IMG/VR virus record: IMGVR_UViG_3300030108_000328
Coordinates: 1 to 54,828 of that record
Length of the DNA stretch: 54,828 nt
Reading direction: 5' to 3' (one strand)
DNA from: a virus
Taxonomy: Duplodnaviria; Caudoviricetes
In this document: positions 18,032-26,259 of the stretch, piece by piece
Position numbering within the stretch: position 1 is the stretch's first letter
How the letters are laid out: each line of letters begins with the position of its first letter
The notes under the pieces: generated by a model
What the model was told of the DNA's origin: nothing
Databases searched by the model: none
What the model saw: only the letters and a program-made list of their open reading frames with translations
Position numbers and translations under genes: made by a program

Positions 18032-18214
18032 CTATATCTTTACTAATTTATAACCCATTTTTTTAGCGGCTGCTCGTAGTTTAGCAAGTGTCATTTTTGT
18101 AGCACCACCCTTAGAGTAGCCCTTCTTTTTCATGCCACCTTTTGCGTAACCTTTTTTCTTCATGCCACCACGAGCCATACCTTTTTTCTTCATCTTGTTT
18201 CCATGCATTGCCAT
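18032..18214 (-). CDS. 60-aa Lys/Gly repeat protein
   Basis: Three ~10-aa units MKKKG(M/Y)(A/S)(R/K)GG. Confidence 0.75.
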   Translation of the reverse strand: MAMHGNKMKKKGMARGGMKKKGYAKGGMKKKGYSKGGATKMTLAKLRAAAKKMGYKLVKI

Positions 18215-18216
18215 AG

Positions 18217-18894
18217 TTATTTTTCCTTATATAAATTGTTAAAGACACGTTCCGTATCCCAAATATATTCAACATCTTCTTTAGAGTTAAAGATGTTCTG
18301 ATTAGGTCTAAAGTCTGGTGCGCCTTGACCAGTTTCAAACCAAGCAGGGTGAGTTACTCTCACTCTATTATTGGGTAACGCAACCATGTTACCTGTGTAC
18401 TCTCCTGCATCTAACAACTCCAGAACGTGTGACTGTTTGTGTTGTGCAGGATCATCTGCTACTTCGTTGTCTGTGTAGTCAACAGTGAAGTAATACTTTG
18501 CAGGATAAAACTCTCCATCTACTTTGGCAATCCAAGGAGCAGGAGAAGCCCTTTCTATTTTATATACTGAGTGCGTATGAGACATACAATCCCAGGGTTG
18601 TGCTAAGTATGGTGGTAACTCTGTAGGCCATTCCTCAAGGGGGGTATCTGCCACGAGTGCTGTTAGAGGCATCCTTGCCCACATTGCACCACCATGTATG
18701 TTAGGGCTGTCATCTTCTTCATCAGACTCGCAGCCTGTAAAGATAACCTGGAAACTCAGTGTTCTGTTTGGCATAGTCGTTACTGCTACCACCATACAGT
18801 GCAGGAAGTCTCCATGATATTCCTGCATATTCTTTGTGTATTCTCTTCTTACCCAAGCTTTAAAATAGGGTATGTTACTTTGTAGATACGCCAT
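18217..18894 (-). CDS. Hypothetical protein
   Basis: Probable start MAYLQSNIP; long ORF with GGAMWARMP and QHKQSHVL motifs. Confidence 0.8.
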   Translation of the reverse strand: MAYLQSNIPYFKAWVRREYTKNMQEYHGDFLHCMVVAVTTMPNRTLSFQVIFTGCESDEEDDSPNIHGGAMWARMPLTALVADTPLEEWPTELPPYLAQPWDCMSHTHSVYKIERASPAPWIAKVDGEFYPAKYYFTVDYTDNEVADDPAQHKQSHVLELLDAGEYTGNMVALPNNRVRVTHPAWFETGQGAPDFRPNQNIFNSKEDVEYIWDTERVFNNLYKEK

Positions 18895-19180
18895 CTTTTT
18901 TGTGTTTCCTTCGCAATTCTGCTTTAGCTTGTTTAAAGACATTTGCTATTGCTGTCTTGCCCATGACTTTAGCACGTTGCTCTGCTACGGTCAATATTTG
19001 GATCTTTCTTGCGTAAGGTTTCTTTAACTTTTTTACTTTGGCTACTGTGGCTTTAGCGTCAGCCATTGTAGCAAACTTGATAGATACTGTATCTTTTGGA
19101 TTCTCATCCGTATATAGTCTACGTCCAGACCCTTTTGGTTTTTTACCTGTTCCTACTTTTGGGTCTTTTTTCTTTTTCAT
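18875..19180 (-). CDS. Basic hypothetical protein
   Basis: 101 aa, RRLYTDENPKDTV; fits operon. Confidence 0.75.
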   Translation of the reverse strand: MKKKKDPKVGTGKKPKGSGRRLYTDENPKDTVSIKFATMADAKATVAKVKKLKKPYARKIQILTVAEQRAKVMGKTAIANVFKQAKAELRRKHKKDGVSTK

Positions 19181-19183
19181 TAG

Positions 19184-19279
19184 TTAAGCTTTGCAGTTAC
19201 AGTTAGGCCCACAATTTCTGTTTAAAATTGCACACACTATCCTTTTTAAATATCTCCATAACCATTTTACTATCTTCAT
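19184..19279 (-). CDS. 31-aa Cys-rich peptide, not in ORF track
   Basis: MKIVKWLWRYLKRIVCAILNRNCGPNCNCKA; GGGAG SD; ATGA overlap with upstream gene. Confidence 0.55.
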   Translation of the reverse strand: MKIVKWLWRYLKRIVCAILNRNCGPNCNCKA

Positions 19280-19470
19280 AGTGAAACTCCCATTTTAATT
19301 TCTTGACACTCTGGTATAGCTAGGTATCCCTGTTGTTGAAAATATCTAGCTACAACCAAAGCTTCTTTAGCACATGCTTCCTCTGTAGGAAACGTTGACG
19401 TTGTTTTTATCATCACCTCACAAGATATTGACGCAGGTGTTGCACAGAGAAGCATAAAGGCTATCCACAT
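19276..19470 (-). CDS. Small exported Cys-containing protein
   Basis: Hydrophobic N-terminus, FPTEEAC motif; TAATG coupling. Confidence 0.65.
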   Translation of the reverse strand: MWIAFMLLCATPASISCEVMIKTTSTFPTEEACAKEALVVARYFQQQGYLAIPECQEIKMGVSL

Positions 19471-19856
19471 TAGAAACTAACTGTAGCTCCTATTGTTACG
19501 TCACCAAACTCTAGGTCTGAGTCTGTTGATACTTCAGTGTACAAGCTTATGTTTGTGCTAGGAACTGTGTAGTCAACAGTGAAGTCCAGTCCTTGAAAGA
19601 TGTCTCCATCCTCTAACTCTAACATGTCAATGTCTGTAGCCATTGTGAAACCTAGACCCATAGCTGAAAGACCTGCTGATGGTGTTAGCTCCCACTCCCA
19701 GTCTTCTACACCTGTTGTGTAGTTAAGATCTGAGGATGCTCCTATTGATACTGTTTGTCCTGCTACAGAAAAATCTTTTCCGTAAGACGCTGTGGTTGCC
19801 ATCATTGCAGCCAAGCCTACCCATGCTGCTATCACAGCTACTTCTATTTTACTCAT
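19470..19856 (-). CDS. Putative outer-membrane beta-barrel protein
   Basis: Signal peptide, alternating amphipathic strands, C-terminal Phe (GATVSF). Confidence 0.6.
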   Translation of the reverse strand: MSKIEVAVIAAWVGLAAMMATTASYGKDFSVAGQTVSIGASSDLNYTTGVEDWEWELTPSAGLSAMGLGFTMATDIDMLELEDGDIFQGLDFTVDYTVPSTNISLYTEVSTDSDLEFGDVTIGATVSF

Positions 19857-19873
19857 TTACTTTTAATCCTTTA

Positions 19874-20170
19874 TTACCATTTAACTTTGTTAGCCCAATA
19901 CGCAGCAGACATTTTACCTTTTGCAATATTCTTGCTGTGTCTTGCTTTAAAACTTGCCCTCTTCTTTTTCATTCTATCCGATTCACCTGCTTTGGGTTTA
20001 CCTGCAGTAGAGGCTCCTTGCTGACCAAAGCGAATCAATTTATATTTGCCACCTTCTGATGCCATGACAACGTGAGACTTAGTTGGGTGATCAGGAGTCC
20101 TCTTTGGTTTGTTGACTCCTTTTAACCCTAGCCTTTTCATTGTCGCTTTGACACGCTCAGGTACGCTCAT
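19874..20170 (-). CDS. Basic hypothetical protein
   Basis: 98 aa, IRFGQQG...FKARH...SAAYWA. Confidence 0.75.
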   Translation of the reverse strand: MSVPERVKATMKRLGLKGVNKPKRTPDHPTKSHVVMASEGGKYKLIRFGQQGASTAGKPKAGESDRMKKKRASFKARHSKNIAKGKMSAAYWANKVKW

Positions 20171-20547
20171 TTATATCTCTCGTATTTAGGGTTATCTTTC
20201 CTTCCAAATAGTGTCAGTATAAAGTTCATTATACCTCTACCAATTTCTGTAGGTGTTGGCAAGAGCCAACCTAAAATAAGGAGCAACATAACCCAGGGCG
20301 GTATGTTTGTGTTTATAATATCTAAGCTTCCCACTGCACCTGTCTCTACTTCTTTTATTATTTCAGTTTGTATAACATCTCTACCTGCAGACACTTCTTC
20401 GGTCTGCTCAACACTCATTACTGACTGTCGGTTTTCTTTACCTATCTGTGCGTTAGAATTTACTGTAGGACCGTCTGATCCTCCTAGCAACCCCAGAGTA
20501 CTCAAACCACAACCAGATAAAAATAGAACGAGTATTAACCATCGCAT
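20167..20547 (-). CDS. Unimolecular spanin (u-spanin)
   Basis: N-terminal lipobox LSGC plus C-terminal TM (IPPWVMLLLILGWLLPTP), T1 gp11-type architecture, near endolysin. Confidence 0.75.
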   Translation of the reverse strand: MRWLILVLFLSGCGLSTLGLLGGSDGPTVNSNAQIGKENRQSVMSVEQTEEVSAGRDVIQTEIIKEVETGAVGSLDIINTNIPPWVMLLLILGWLLPTPTEIGRGIMNFILTLFGRKDNPKYERYK

Positions 20548-20757
20548 TTATTTCCACTCTCTATCGTCTTTGTTAAAACAGTCAAACTGCAAACCTAAGT
20601 ATTCATTCTCTTCGTACTTTTCCCAGTTTGCGTTCTGAGCAATTACTTCACACTGTTGCTCAGTAAACAGTTCCTGCATGATGTACTGATTGCCTGTGTA
20701 GATCCACTCCTCCCCAGTGTTTCCCCACAGACTTATAACCAGTATAAACTCTTTCAT
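20548..20757 (-). CDS. Hypothetical protein
   Basis: 69 aa, hydrophobic N-terminus, FTEQQC motif. Confidence 0.65.
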   Translation of the reverse strand: MKEFILVISLWGNTGEEWIYTGNQYIMQELFTEQQCEVIAQNANWEKYEENEYLGLQFDCFNKDDREWK

Positions 20758-20759
20758 CT

Positions 20760-21227
20760 CTACATCATCTCAAAATGTGGAGCATCTATAAAAGGTCTAC
20801 GTCCTTGAGATCTTCTTAGATCAACGTAAGCCATCATAGCTTCCTCTGAAGTTCCTGGATATGTTCTGATATCCCCTTCACTCCAGGCTGCTCCCCACTT
20901 GATAGCGCACTCGAACTCTTCTGCTGCTTCTTTAAAAGCGTCACAGATGTCATCGTATAAGTTCAACTCCCACGATACTTCTGGTCCTACGTAGGCTACA
21001 ACATCTACAGCCTGTGAATATCCATCCTCTTGAGGAAGGTGTTTGGATCGCATAGTTTGAGATCTTCCTGCAGCTACGTTAGCCTCTTGCTCTTCTATGG
21101 TTCTTACGCCACACGTCACTCCGAAGTCAACTTCGGTCAGTTCGATAGCTCTTTCAACAACTGAGACTAGATCAGGGTGTACGCCTATCAGTCTTTCTTG
21201 TGATCTTTTACTTAGGTTAAAACTCAT
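20760..21227 (-). CDS. Endolysin, peptidase M15 family (L-Ala-D-Glu peptidase-like)
   Basis: LIGVHPDL, GVRT..EQ, SKH, AVD, WG..W, D.PHFE zinc-ligand motifs. Confidence 0.9.
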   Translation of the reverse strand: MSFNLSKRSQERLIGVHPDLVSVVERAIELTEVDFGVTCGVRTIEEQEANVAAGRSQTMRSKHLPQEDGYSQAVDVVAYVGPEVSWELNLYDDICDAFKEAAEEFECAIKWGAAWSEGDIRTYPGTSEEAMMAYVDLRRSQGRRPFIDAPHFEMM

Positions 21228-21760
21228 GATCCTGGCCTTCTCTTTGGTCTAACTCTAGGAATAGGTTTCTTTGGTCTTGGTTTTGGCTTTGTAGCTTTTT
21301 TCTTAGGTGGACTAGCCACTGCTTTCTTTGCAGAATCTAAAGCTCTGTTTACAGGAGTACGTGCTTTGTTCCTACCTTTGTTACCAGTGCCTGTTTTTTG
21401 TTTTTTCTTAATCCCTGTTTTAATTCCTACTCTTACGTTGGGTTGAGCTTTCTTTCCTCCTGTATCTTTTGAGGCTGATAGTATACTCGTTACAAGGGTA
21501 GGCGTTAGAAGACCTGCTGCAAGACCACCTGCTCCAACCTTTGCTTCACCTGCAGCCATAGTCACACTTGATTTAATTGCACTAGATATCTTTTGTTCAC
21601 CTGCAGTCTTTGGTCCTTGAAGTAATTTTTTATACCTAACAGGGATGTTCATATTCTGAATCATCTTTTTAGTTACTTTAGCTAGAGGCACTCCTGCCTG
21701 TCTAGCTGCTGACTTTGCTAAAGCTAAAAGTGCTGCTGCTCCTAGTATTGGTGCTGCCAT
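21224..21760 (-). CDS. Lys/Pro-rich hypothetical protein
   Basis: 178 aa ORF coupled to both neighbours. Confidence 0.65.
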   Translation of the reverse strand: MAAPILGAAALLALAKSAARQAGVPLAKVTKKMIQNMNIPVRYKKLLQGPKTAGEQKISSAIKSSVTMAAGEAKVGAGGLAAGLLTPTLVTSILSASKDTGGKKAQPNVRVGIKTGIKKKQKTGTGNKGRNKARTPVNRALDSAKKAVASPPKKKATKPKPRPKKPIPRVRPKRRPGS

Positions 21761-22089
21761 TATCTCATATCCTTCTTCATAGCTATTTTGTTGCCCATTG
21801 GCTTCCCTGCCATGTATGCTGTCGCTCCCATGTAGGCTGCTACAACACCAGTCTGTGCAATGTAAAATAGCCCAAGCAAGTCTGCTAGGGCGTTAACTCT
21901 TGTGTCAGATAGTAAAGGAGTAAATAAAATAACTGTGAATACAATCATCATCCCCATTGCTACCCAGGCCATAAACTTTTGAGACTCAGCCTTTTCTTCT
22001 CGTAGCTCTACTTCGAGCATACGCTCTTTCATCGCTATCTCTTCTGCTGTGATCTTACCATCACCGTCTACGTCAAAGTCTATAACCAT
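21760..22089 (-). CDS. Putative holin
   Basis: Two TM helices, basic C-terminus, upstream of endolysin; N-terminal DVDGDGKITAEE loop. Confidence 0.55.
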   Translation of the reverse strand: MVIDFDVDGDGKITAEEIAMKERMLEVELREEKAESQKFMAWVAMGMMIVFTVILFTPLLSDTRVNALADLLGLFYIAQTGVVAAYMGATAYMAGKPMGNKIAMKKDMR

Positions 22090-22359
22090 CTAATCCCCCA
22101 CAACCTCTTTACTTCCACAGACACGTTCATACACCATGTCTCCAACGTAGGCTTCAGCCCACTTGTTCTCAGTGAAAGTGCAGAACTGCCATAAATCGTT
22201 TACGTCATCGTTCAACACGTTGATTATTTCTTGTTGTTCGTTGACTGTTTCCGTTAAGTGTTCAATATCGTGAACCATTTCACTGGCATACCAAACAACA
22301 CCTGCCAGTTGGACAGCCATTGCTACAACAAGAGCTATAGGTATTTTTAAAGTGTCCAT
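22090..22359 (-). CDS. Membrane-anchored coiled-coil protein
   Basis: N-terminal TM then heptads. Confidence 0.65.
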   Translation of the reverse strand: MDTLKIPIALVVAMAVQLAGVVWYASEMVHDIEHLTETVNEQQEIINVLNDDVNDLWQFCTFTENKWAEAYVGDMVYERVCGSKEVVGD

Positions 22360-22430
22360 ATAAAAACCATCGCTATAATAAATCCTAGAATAAAACCTAC
22401 TGTCAGTGTTTTTTTGTTAGCTAGGATCAT
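22347..22430 (-). CDS. 27-aa single-TM peptide, not in ORF track
   Basis: MILANKKTLTVGFILGFIIAMVFIWTL fills the gap between genes. Confidence 0.4.
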   Translation of the reverse strand: MILANKKTLTVGFILGFIIAMVFIWTL

Positions 22431-22437
22431 TTTTACA

Positions 22438-22731
22438 CTATACTTCAGCTTTCCCCACTGTTTCTTCATAGCTATCCTCCCACTTTCGTCTTCTATCTGG
22501 ATCTAGAACGTCAAATCTGGACAACATACCCTCCAGGTACATTGATCTTTCTATCCTATCCAGAGATTCCCAGTTTCCTGTGTGTTCAAAGTAGGCTCTA
22601 CGCACATAGAATACATCAGATCTGGGGATGTGTACTCTTCTGAGCTTCTTTTCGTCTTGGTTAGCTAGTGCGTTGTAGAACTCTTCTAGTACTGAGTCTG
22701 ACTCAAAGTACTTAATTCTATTTTTACTCAT
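22438..22731 (-). CDS. Hypothetical protein, first gene of late arm
   Basis: 97 aa downstream of a clear promoter. Confidence 0.75.
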   Translation of the reverse strand: MSKNRIKYFESDSVLEEFYNALANQDEKKLRRVHIPRSDVFYVRRAYFEHTGNWESLDRIERSMYLEGMLSRFDVLDPDRRRKWEDSYEETVGKAEV

Positions 22732-22744
22732 TTTGATTTCGGTA

Positions 22745-22772
22745 GTTGTACTTAAAGTAGTACCTATGTCAA
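22745..22772 (-). promoter_or_regulatory. Sigma70-type promoter for late arm
   Basis: TTGACA-N16-TACAAC(TA). Confidence 0.65.
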
Positions 22773-22929
22773 CATACTTTTATCTTTTTTTCCAAAAAAG
22801 GGACAACAAAAGCAGAATATGGGGTACTGTAAGTAATACTTTAAGTAGTTACTGTTAGTAATACTAATATTAGTATAAATAAAGGTATAAAAAATAAAGG
22901 TAATGATACCTTAAGTATTACTGTAAGTA
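22749..22929. repeat. Array of TAC-N5-GTA 11-mers
   Basis: Six copies at 22749, 22825, 22837, 22850, 22907, 22919. Confidence 0.8.
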
Positions 22930-23118
22930 TATACTAATAGTTATACACGCTTCAAGTATAAAACAACAGGATAATACACGCCATGACACTATGTCACACC
23001 CATAAGACGTAAGCATATACTTTTATATCTAGTTATAATTAGAACAAACCCCTTGTCATCCAGGACTATATACTTGTTCTTTACCTTATATAGTTTCATA
23101 TCGTTAGTTATATCCAAA

Positions 23119-23460
23119 TGTGATCACAACTCAAGTGTAAACCACTTGATTAACAATGTGGTTAACAGACCTAAAATACCCCTCTCTGTCATTGAGCATA
23201 CACGTATACGTATATACCCACCATGGACCATGCACGCTATGCCTTTATTACCTTTTGTTAGGCAGATAGTTTAATATTAAACTACTTTTTGTTTAGCGTT
23301 AACCGTTTCAGTATAATTTTAGTTTAACATTAAACTATTTTCTGCGGGAATACTGTTTAGTATTGAACTTTTATTTGTGATCACAGAATAACAGTGCGGA
23401 TGCATATCCCCCAGTCTCATTTGGTCACTCAGAATATACCCCTAGTTTTTTGTGATCACA
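23119..23460. repeat. Palindromic operator-like repeats (TGTGATCACA x3; GTTTA-N4-TAAAC-like x4)
   Basis: Read directly from sequence. Confidence 0.8.
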
Positions 23461-23476
23461 CTATAACCACCAGTTA

Positions 23477-23491
23477 GAACAGACATAGAAC
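23477..23491 (+). promoter_or_regulatory. Alphaproteobacterial LexA (SOS) box-like site
   Basis: GAAC-AGACATA-GAAC. Confidence 0.5.
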
Positions 23492-23709
23492 AAACAAAGA
23501 AATACCTCTCACACTCAATATAACGCCCACTGAATAACTTTTAATGTTCTGGCTGTTACTGGTCACAAAATAGTCTTTCCCTCAATTCTTAATATTTGTT
23601 GCAAACTTACAACACAATAAAAAATAATAATGTTCTGGATCTTGTGTGTGCTGCTTAAGCTGATAACTTGGATACATAATTTATATATATTTAAAAAGGA
23701 CACACTCTT

Positions 23710-23982
23710 ATGACTACTTCTATTGTAACAAACAAATATGGTGAGCAATTCAAAAAGGTTGCTTTGAAAGATCTTAAAAAAGGAGATGAATTTAAAAGAA
23801 AACCAGACGCAATTAAAAACTTTTATAAAGGACACTATAACAGAAAGTCTTACTTACAACCTACACCTAGTTATACTTGTGTAGCTGATAATGATGTATG
23901 GGGTTCTGGAATAGAGATAAATTCTAAAGCTTATGTCTATGTAGATATAGAAGGTCCAGTAAATTATAAAGGAGTACTTTAA
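23710..23982 (+). CDS. Early hypothetical protein
   Basis: AAGGA SD, first ORF of + arm. Confidence 0.75.
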   Translation: MTTSIVTNKYGEQFKKVALKDLKKGDEFKRKPDAIKNFYKGHYNRKSYLQPTPSYTCVADNDVWGSGIEINSKAYVYVDIEGPVNYKGVL

Positions 23983-23983
23983 A

Positions 23984-24724
23984 ATGGATAACTTTACTTT
24001 AAAAGAAACTATTGAGAATAGTGGCAAGGTTTCACTAGGTAACACTAAAATGCCTAGTACAACCTTTGCTATCAGTGCAAAGCATTGCAAGGTTGGCTCT
24101 AAGCTTGCCAAAATAGATGGTTCAACATGCTCTAAATGTTACGCTCTTAAACTACAAAAGCTTAGACCTAGCGTTGATCAAGGTTGGACTAACAACCTAT
24201 TTAAAGCTGAAAAGCTAATTGCTAGTAATCCTAAATTGTGGGCTAAACAAATGGCGTTTCAAATTAAAAGAGGTTGCGACAAGCTAGGTGTAAACTTTCA
24301 TAGGTGGTTCGATAGTGGTGATTTACAATCTGTAGAAATGCTACATGCAATTGTTTTGTGTTGTCTAGAGACGCCAGATATTAAACACTGGCTACCAACT
24401 AGGGAAGCTAAGATAGTGCAAACATATCGCAAGAGGCATGGTCTAGAGCCAGATAATTTAGTGATAAGAGTAAGTTCAACTATGATTAGCGACAAGCCTA
24501 TAAAAGGCCATAGTCACACTAGTACAGTCCACAAGCATAAAGAGACTGTATTCGGTAAAGAATGCCTAGCTTATAGAACCAACAAAGATAATATTGTTGT
24601 CGATTTAGAGACGTTCAAAGCTATGACTAGACCAGAAAAGAAACAACAAGACTTTGGACATTGTGGTGATTGTCGAGCTTGTTGGTCTAGAGACGTAGCT
24701 AATATTAGCTATCCATTACACTAG
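23984..24724 (+). CDS. Gp88-like Fe-S / radical-SAM-related protein
   Basis: C-x13-CSKCYA, RWFDSGD, WLPTRE, CGDCRACW. Confidence 0.75.
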   Translation: MDNFTLKETIENSGKVSLGNTKMPSTTFAISAKHCKVGSKLAKIDGSTCSKCYALKLQKLRPSVDQGWTNNLFKAEKLIASNPKLWAKQMAFQIKRGCDKLGVNFHRWFDSGDLQSVEMLHAIVLCCLETPDIKHWLPTREAKIVQTYRKRHGLEPDNLVIRVSSTMISDKPIKGHSHTSTVHKHKETVFGKECLAYRTNKDNIVVDLETFKAMTRPEKKQQDFGHCGDCRACWSRDVANISYPLH

Positions 24725-24736
24725 GAAGGATTAAAA

Positions 24737-24829
24737 ATGTTTTTAACTTGGATTATTGGAACGATAGCAATAACGGCTATACTAGGCATACTAGCATGGA
24801 TCATAACTTATTTAATTATGGAGGTGTAA
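24737..24829 (+). CDS. 30-aa single-TM peptide, not in ORF track
   Basis: MFLTWIIGTIAITAILGILAWIITYLIMEV; AAGGA SD. Confidence 0.6.
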   Translation: MFLTWIIGTIAITAILGILAWIITYLIMEV

Positions 24830-25012
24830 ATGATTATTGACGAAGAAAGAGGAACTATTTTTGGAACGTGGGATGAACGTGAAGAAATGCTTGAGAAAAT
24901 AAAAGAGATAGCTCTAAAAAAAGAGAGCAGAAAAATATGTTATAGGATTGAAGAACTAATGCAACAGATCAAACAACAAGAGAAAGACAATGGATCAATT
25001 AATTTATCATAA
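24830..25012 (+). CDS. Early hypothetical protein
   Basis: GGAGG SD; tight packing. Confidence 0.7.
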   Translation: MIIDEERGTIFGTWDEREEMLEKIKEIALKKESRKICYRIEELMQQIKQQEKDNGSINLS

Positions 25013-25208
25013 AGAAAAGCTATATAGATTTGGTGAACATATGGATGATTTAACAAGGAGGGCTAGTAGTCACTTTAGTACTGAGACTGAAAGAACAGAA
25101 GCACTAACAGAAATTTGTTTAATAAATAATTTTTTAGAAGGGATATTTAAAAATGCAATACATAACAACTCTGGACGTATGGGATCACAGCATAAAGAAA
25201 GCTATTGA
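24990..25208 (+). CDS. Early hypothetical protein
   Basis: Overlapping ORF in tightly packed array. Confidence 0.55.
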   Translation: MDQLIYHKEKLYRFGEHMDDLTRRASSHFSTETERTEALTEICLINNFLEGIFKNAIHNNSGRMGSQHKESY

Positions 25209-25386
25209 GACTGGACAAATAAAGCTACAGCGAGGGCAATGGTTGCGCTGTGGCACTAAAGGCAAACGCTGTAGATACATAGGTTTACTTAACGATAAAT
25301 CTATATGGGTAACACACTGGCAAGGATCGCCAGAAAGAACAAACGCAAAATTTTTAAACGCTGTTGAAGCATACAATGAAAGGTAA
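25153..25386 (+). CDS. Early hypothetical protein
   Basis: AGGGA SD; LQRGQW motif. Confidence 0.7.
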   Translation: MQYITTLDVWDHSIKKAIETGQIKLQRGQWLRCGTKGKRCRYIGLLNDKSIWVTHWQGSPERTNAKFLNAVEAYNER

Positions 25387-25390
25387 AAGA

Positions 25391-25651
25391 ATGACTAAAC
25401 AATTTAAATCTTGGTGTATTGTCTATGATAAATTTGAAGTAAAAGCAAATGTATCATCTAGCGAGTACTGGCAAACAGTGCCTACTGTATGGGCAAGGTT
25501 TACACATGATGGTTATTATCAATTACTTGATAGGTTAAAACCTCTAAAAGAATTAGAGGGTAGGGTAATAAAAAATTACAGGATAATTCCAAGTGAATTT
25601 GATATTGAAGAATTAGAGGGTAAACCACCAGTAAAAGGAATTAAAAAATGA
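25391..25651 (+). CDS. Early hypothetical protein
   Basis: AAGGT SD; start could be 25376. Confidence 0.65.
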   Translation: MTKQFKSWCIVYDKFEVKANVSSSEYWQTVPTVWARFTHDGYYQLLDRLKPLKELEGRVIKNYRIIPSEFDIEELEGKPPVKGIKK

Positions 25652-25848
25652 CTAAGAAAATATTAAAACACTGGGCGTTATTCTACAAACATGGAGAGCG
25701 ACAATTCATCAGCGCACCCACTAGGAAAGAGTTGGATAGTGCTATCTTTGCAGGAGCTTACGCACCTAGTCCTAACAACGTGACATACTATGTCGAGTAT
25801 GAACGTGACATAAAAGACACACAATATAACCAAGTTACTGAGGTGTAA
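25648..25848 (+). CDS. Early hypothetical protein
   Basis: AAGGA SD, ATGA overlap. Confidence 0.7.
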   Translation: MTKKILKHWALFYKHGERQFISAPTRKELDSAIFAGAYAPSPNNVTYYVEYERDIKDTQYNQVTEV

Positions 25849-25910
25849 TGACAACAACAATTCTATTTGATATTTAAAGGATAGAACAAATAAAAAAGGA
25901 GAATAAAGAA

Positions 25911-26255
25911 ATGATACAACTAACACTAGCAACAAACAACGAAGCACATCCTGAGTATAACAGCAATGAGATTGCACAAATTCTAGGACTACTACCGCTA
26001 TGGGTGGCTGAACACATAGGTAACGATGATGGTACGGACTTGGTACAATTTATGGAAGATCGTTACGGATTTGGTAAACTGTACAAGTTTGAGGGTGAGG
26101 TAAACGAAGATGGTGACTACGTGTCTAAGGATGACGCAAACTTACCGTACATGGGTAGGATGATTACCAAGGATGGTTACGCATACTTTTATGAATACGC
26201 TATCGTAGCACTACCACAGCCAGACGGTAAGCATTTTATAACAAGGATGGACTAG
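25911..26255 (+). CDS. Early hypothetical protein
   Basis: AAGGAG SD; ends in FITRMD. Confidence 0.75.
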   Translation: MIQLTLATNNEAHPEYNSNEIAQILGLLPLWVAEHIGNDDGTDLVQFMEDRYGFGKLYKFEGEVNEDGDYVSKDDANLPYMGRMITKDGYAYFYEYAIVALPQPDGKHFITRMD

Positions 26256-26259
26256 ACTG

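Noticed and set aside
23053-23274. 73-aa + strand ORF in control region
   Set aside because: TTG start without SD, overlaps palindromic repeats, implausible composition
22749-23460. CRISPR array
   Set aside because: Repeats are 10-18 bp, irregularly spaced and lack unique equal-length spacers; no cas genes
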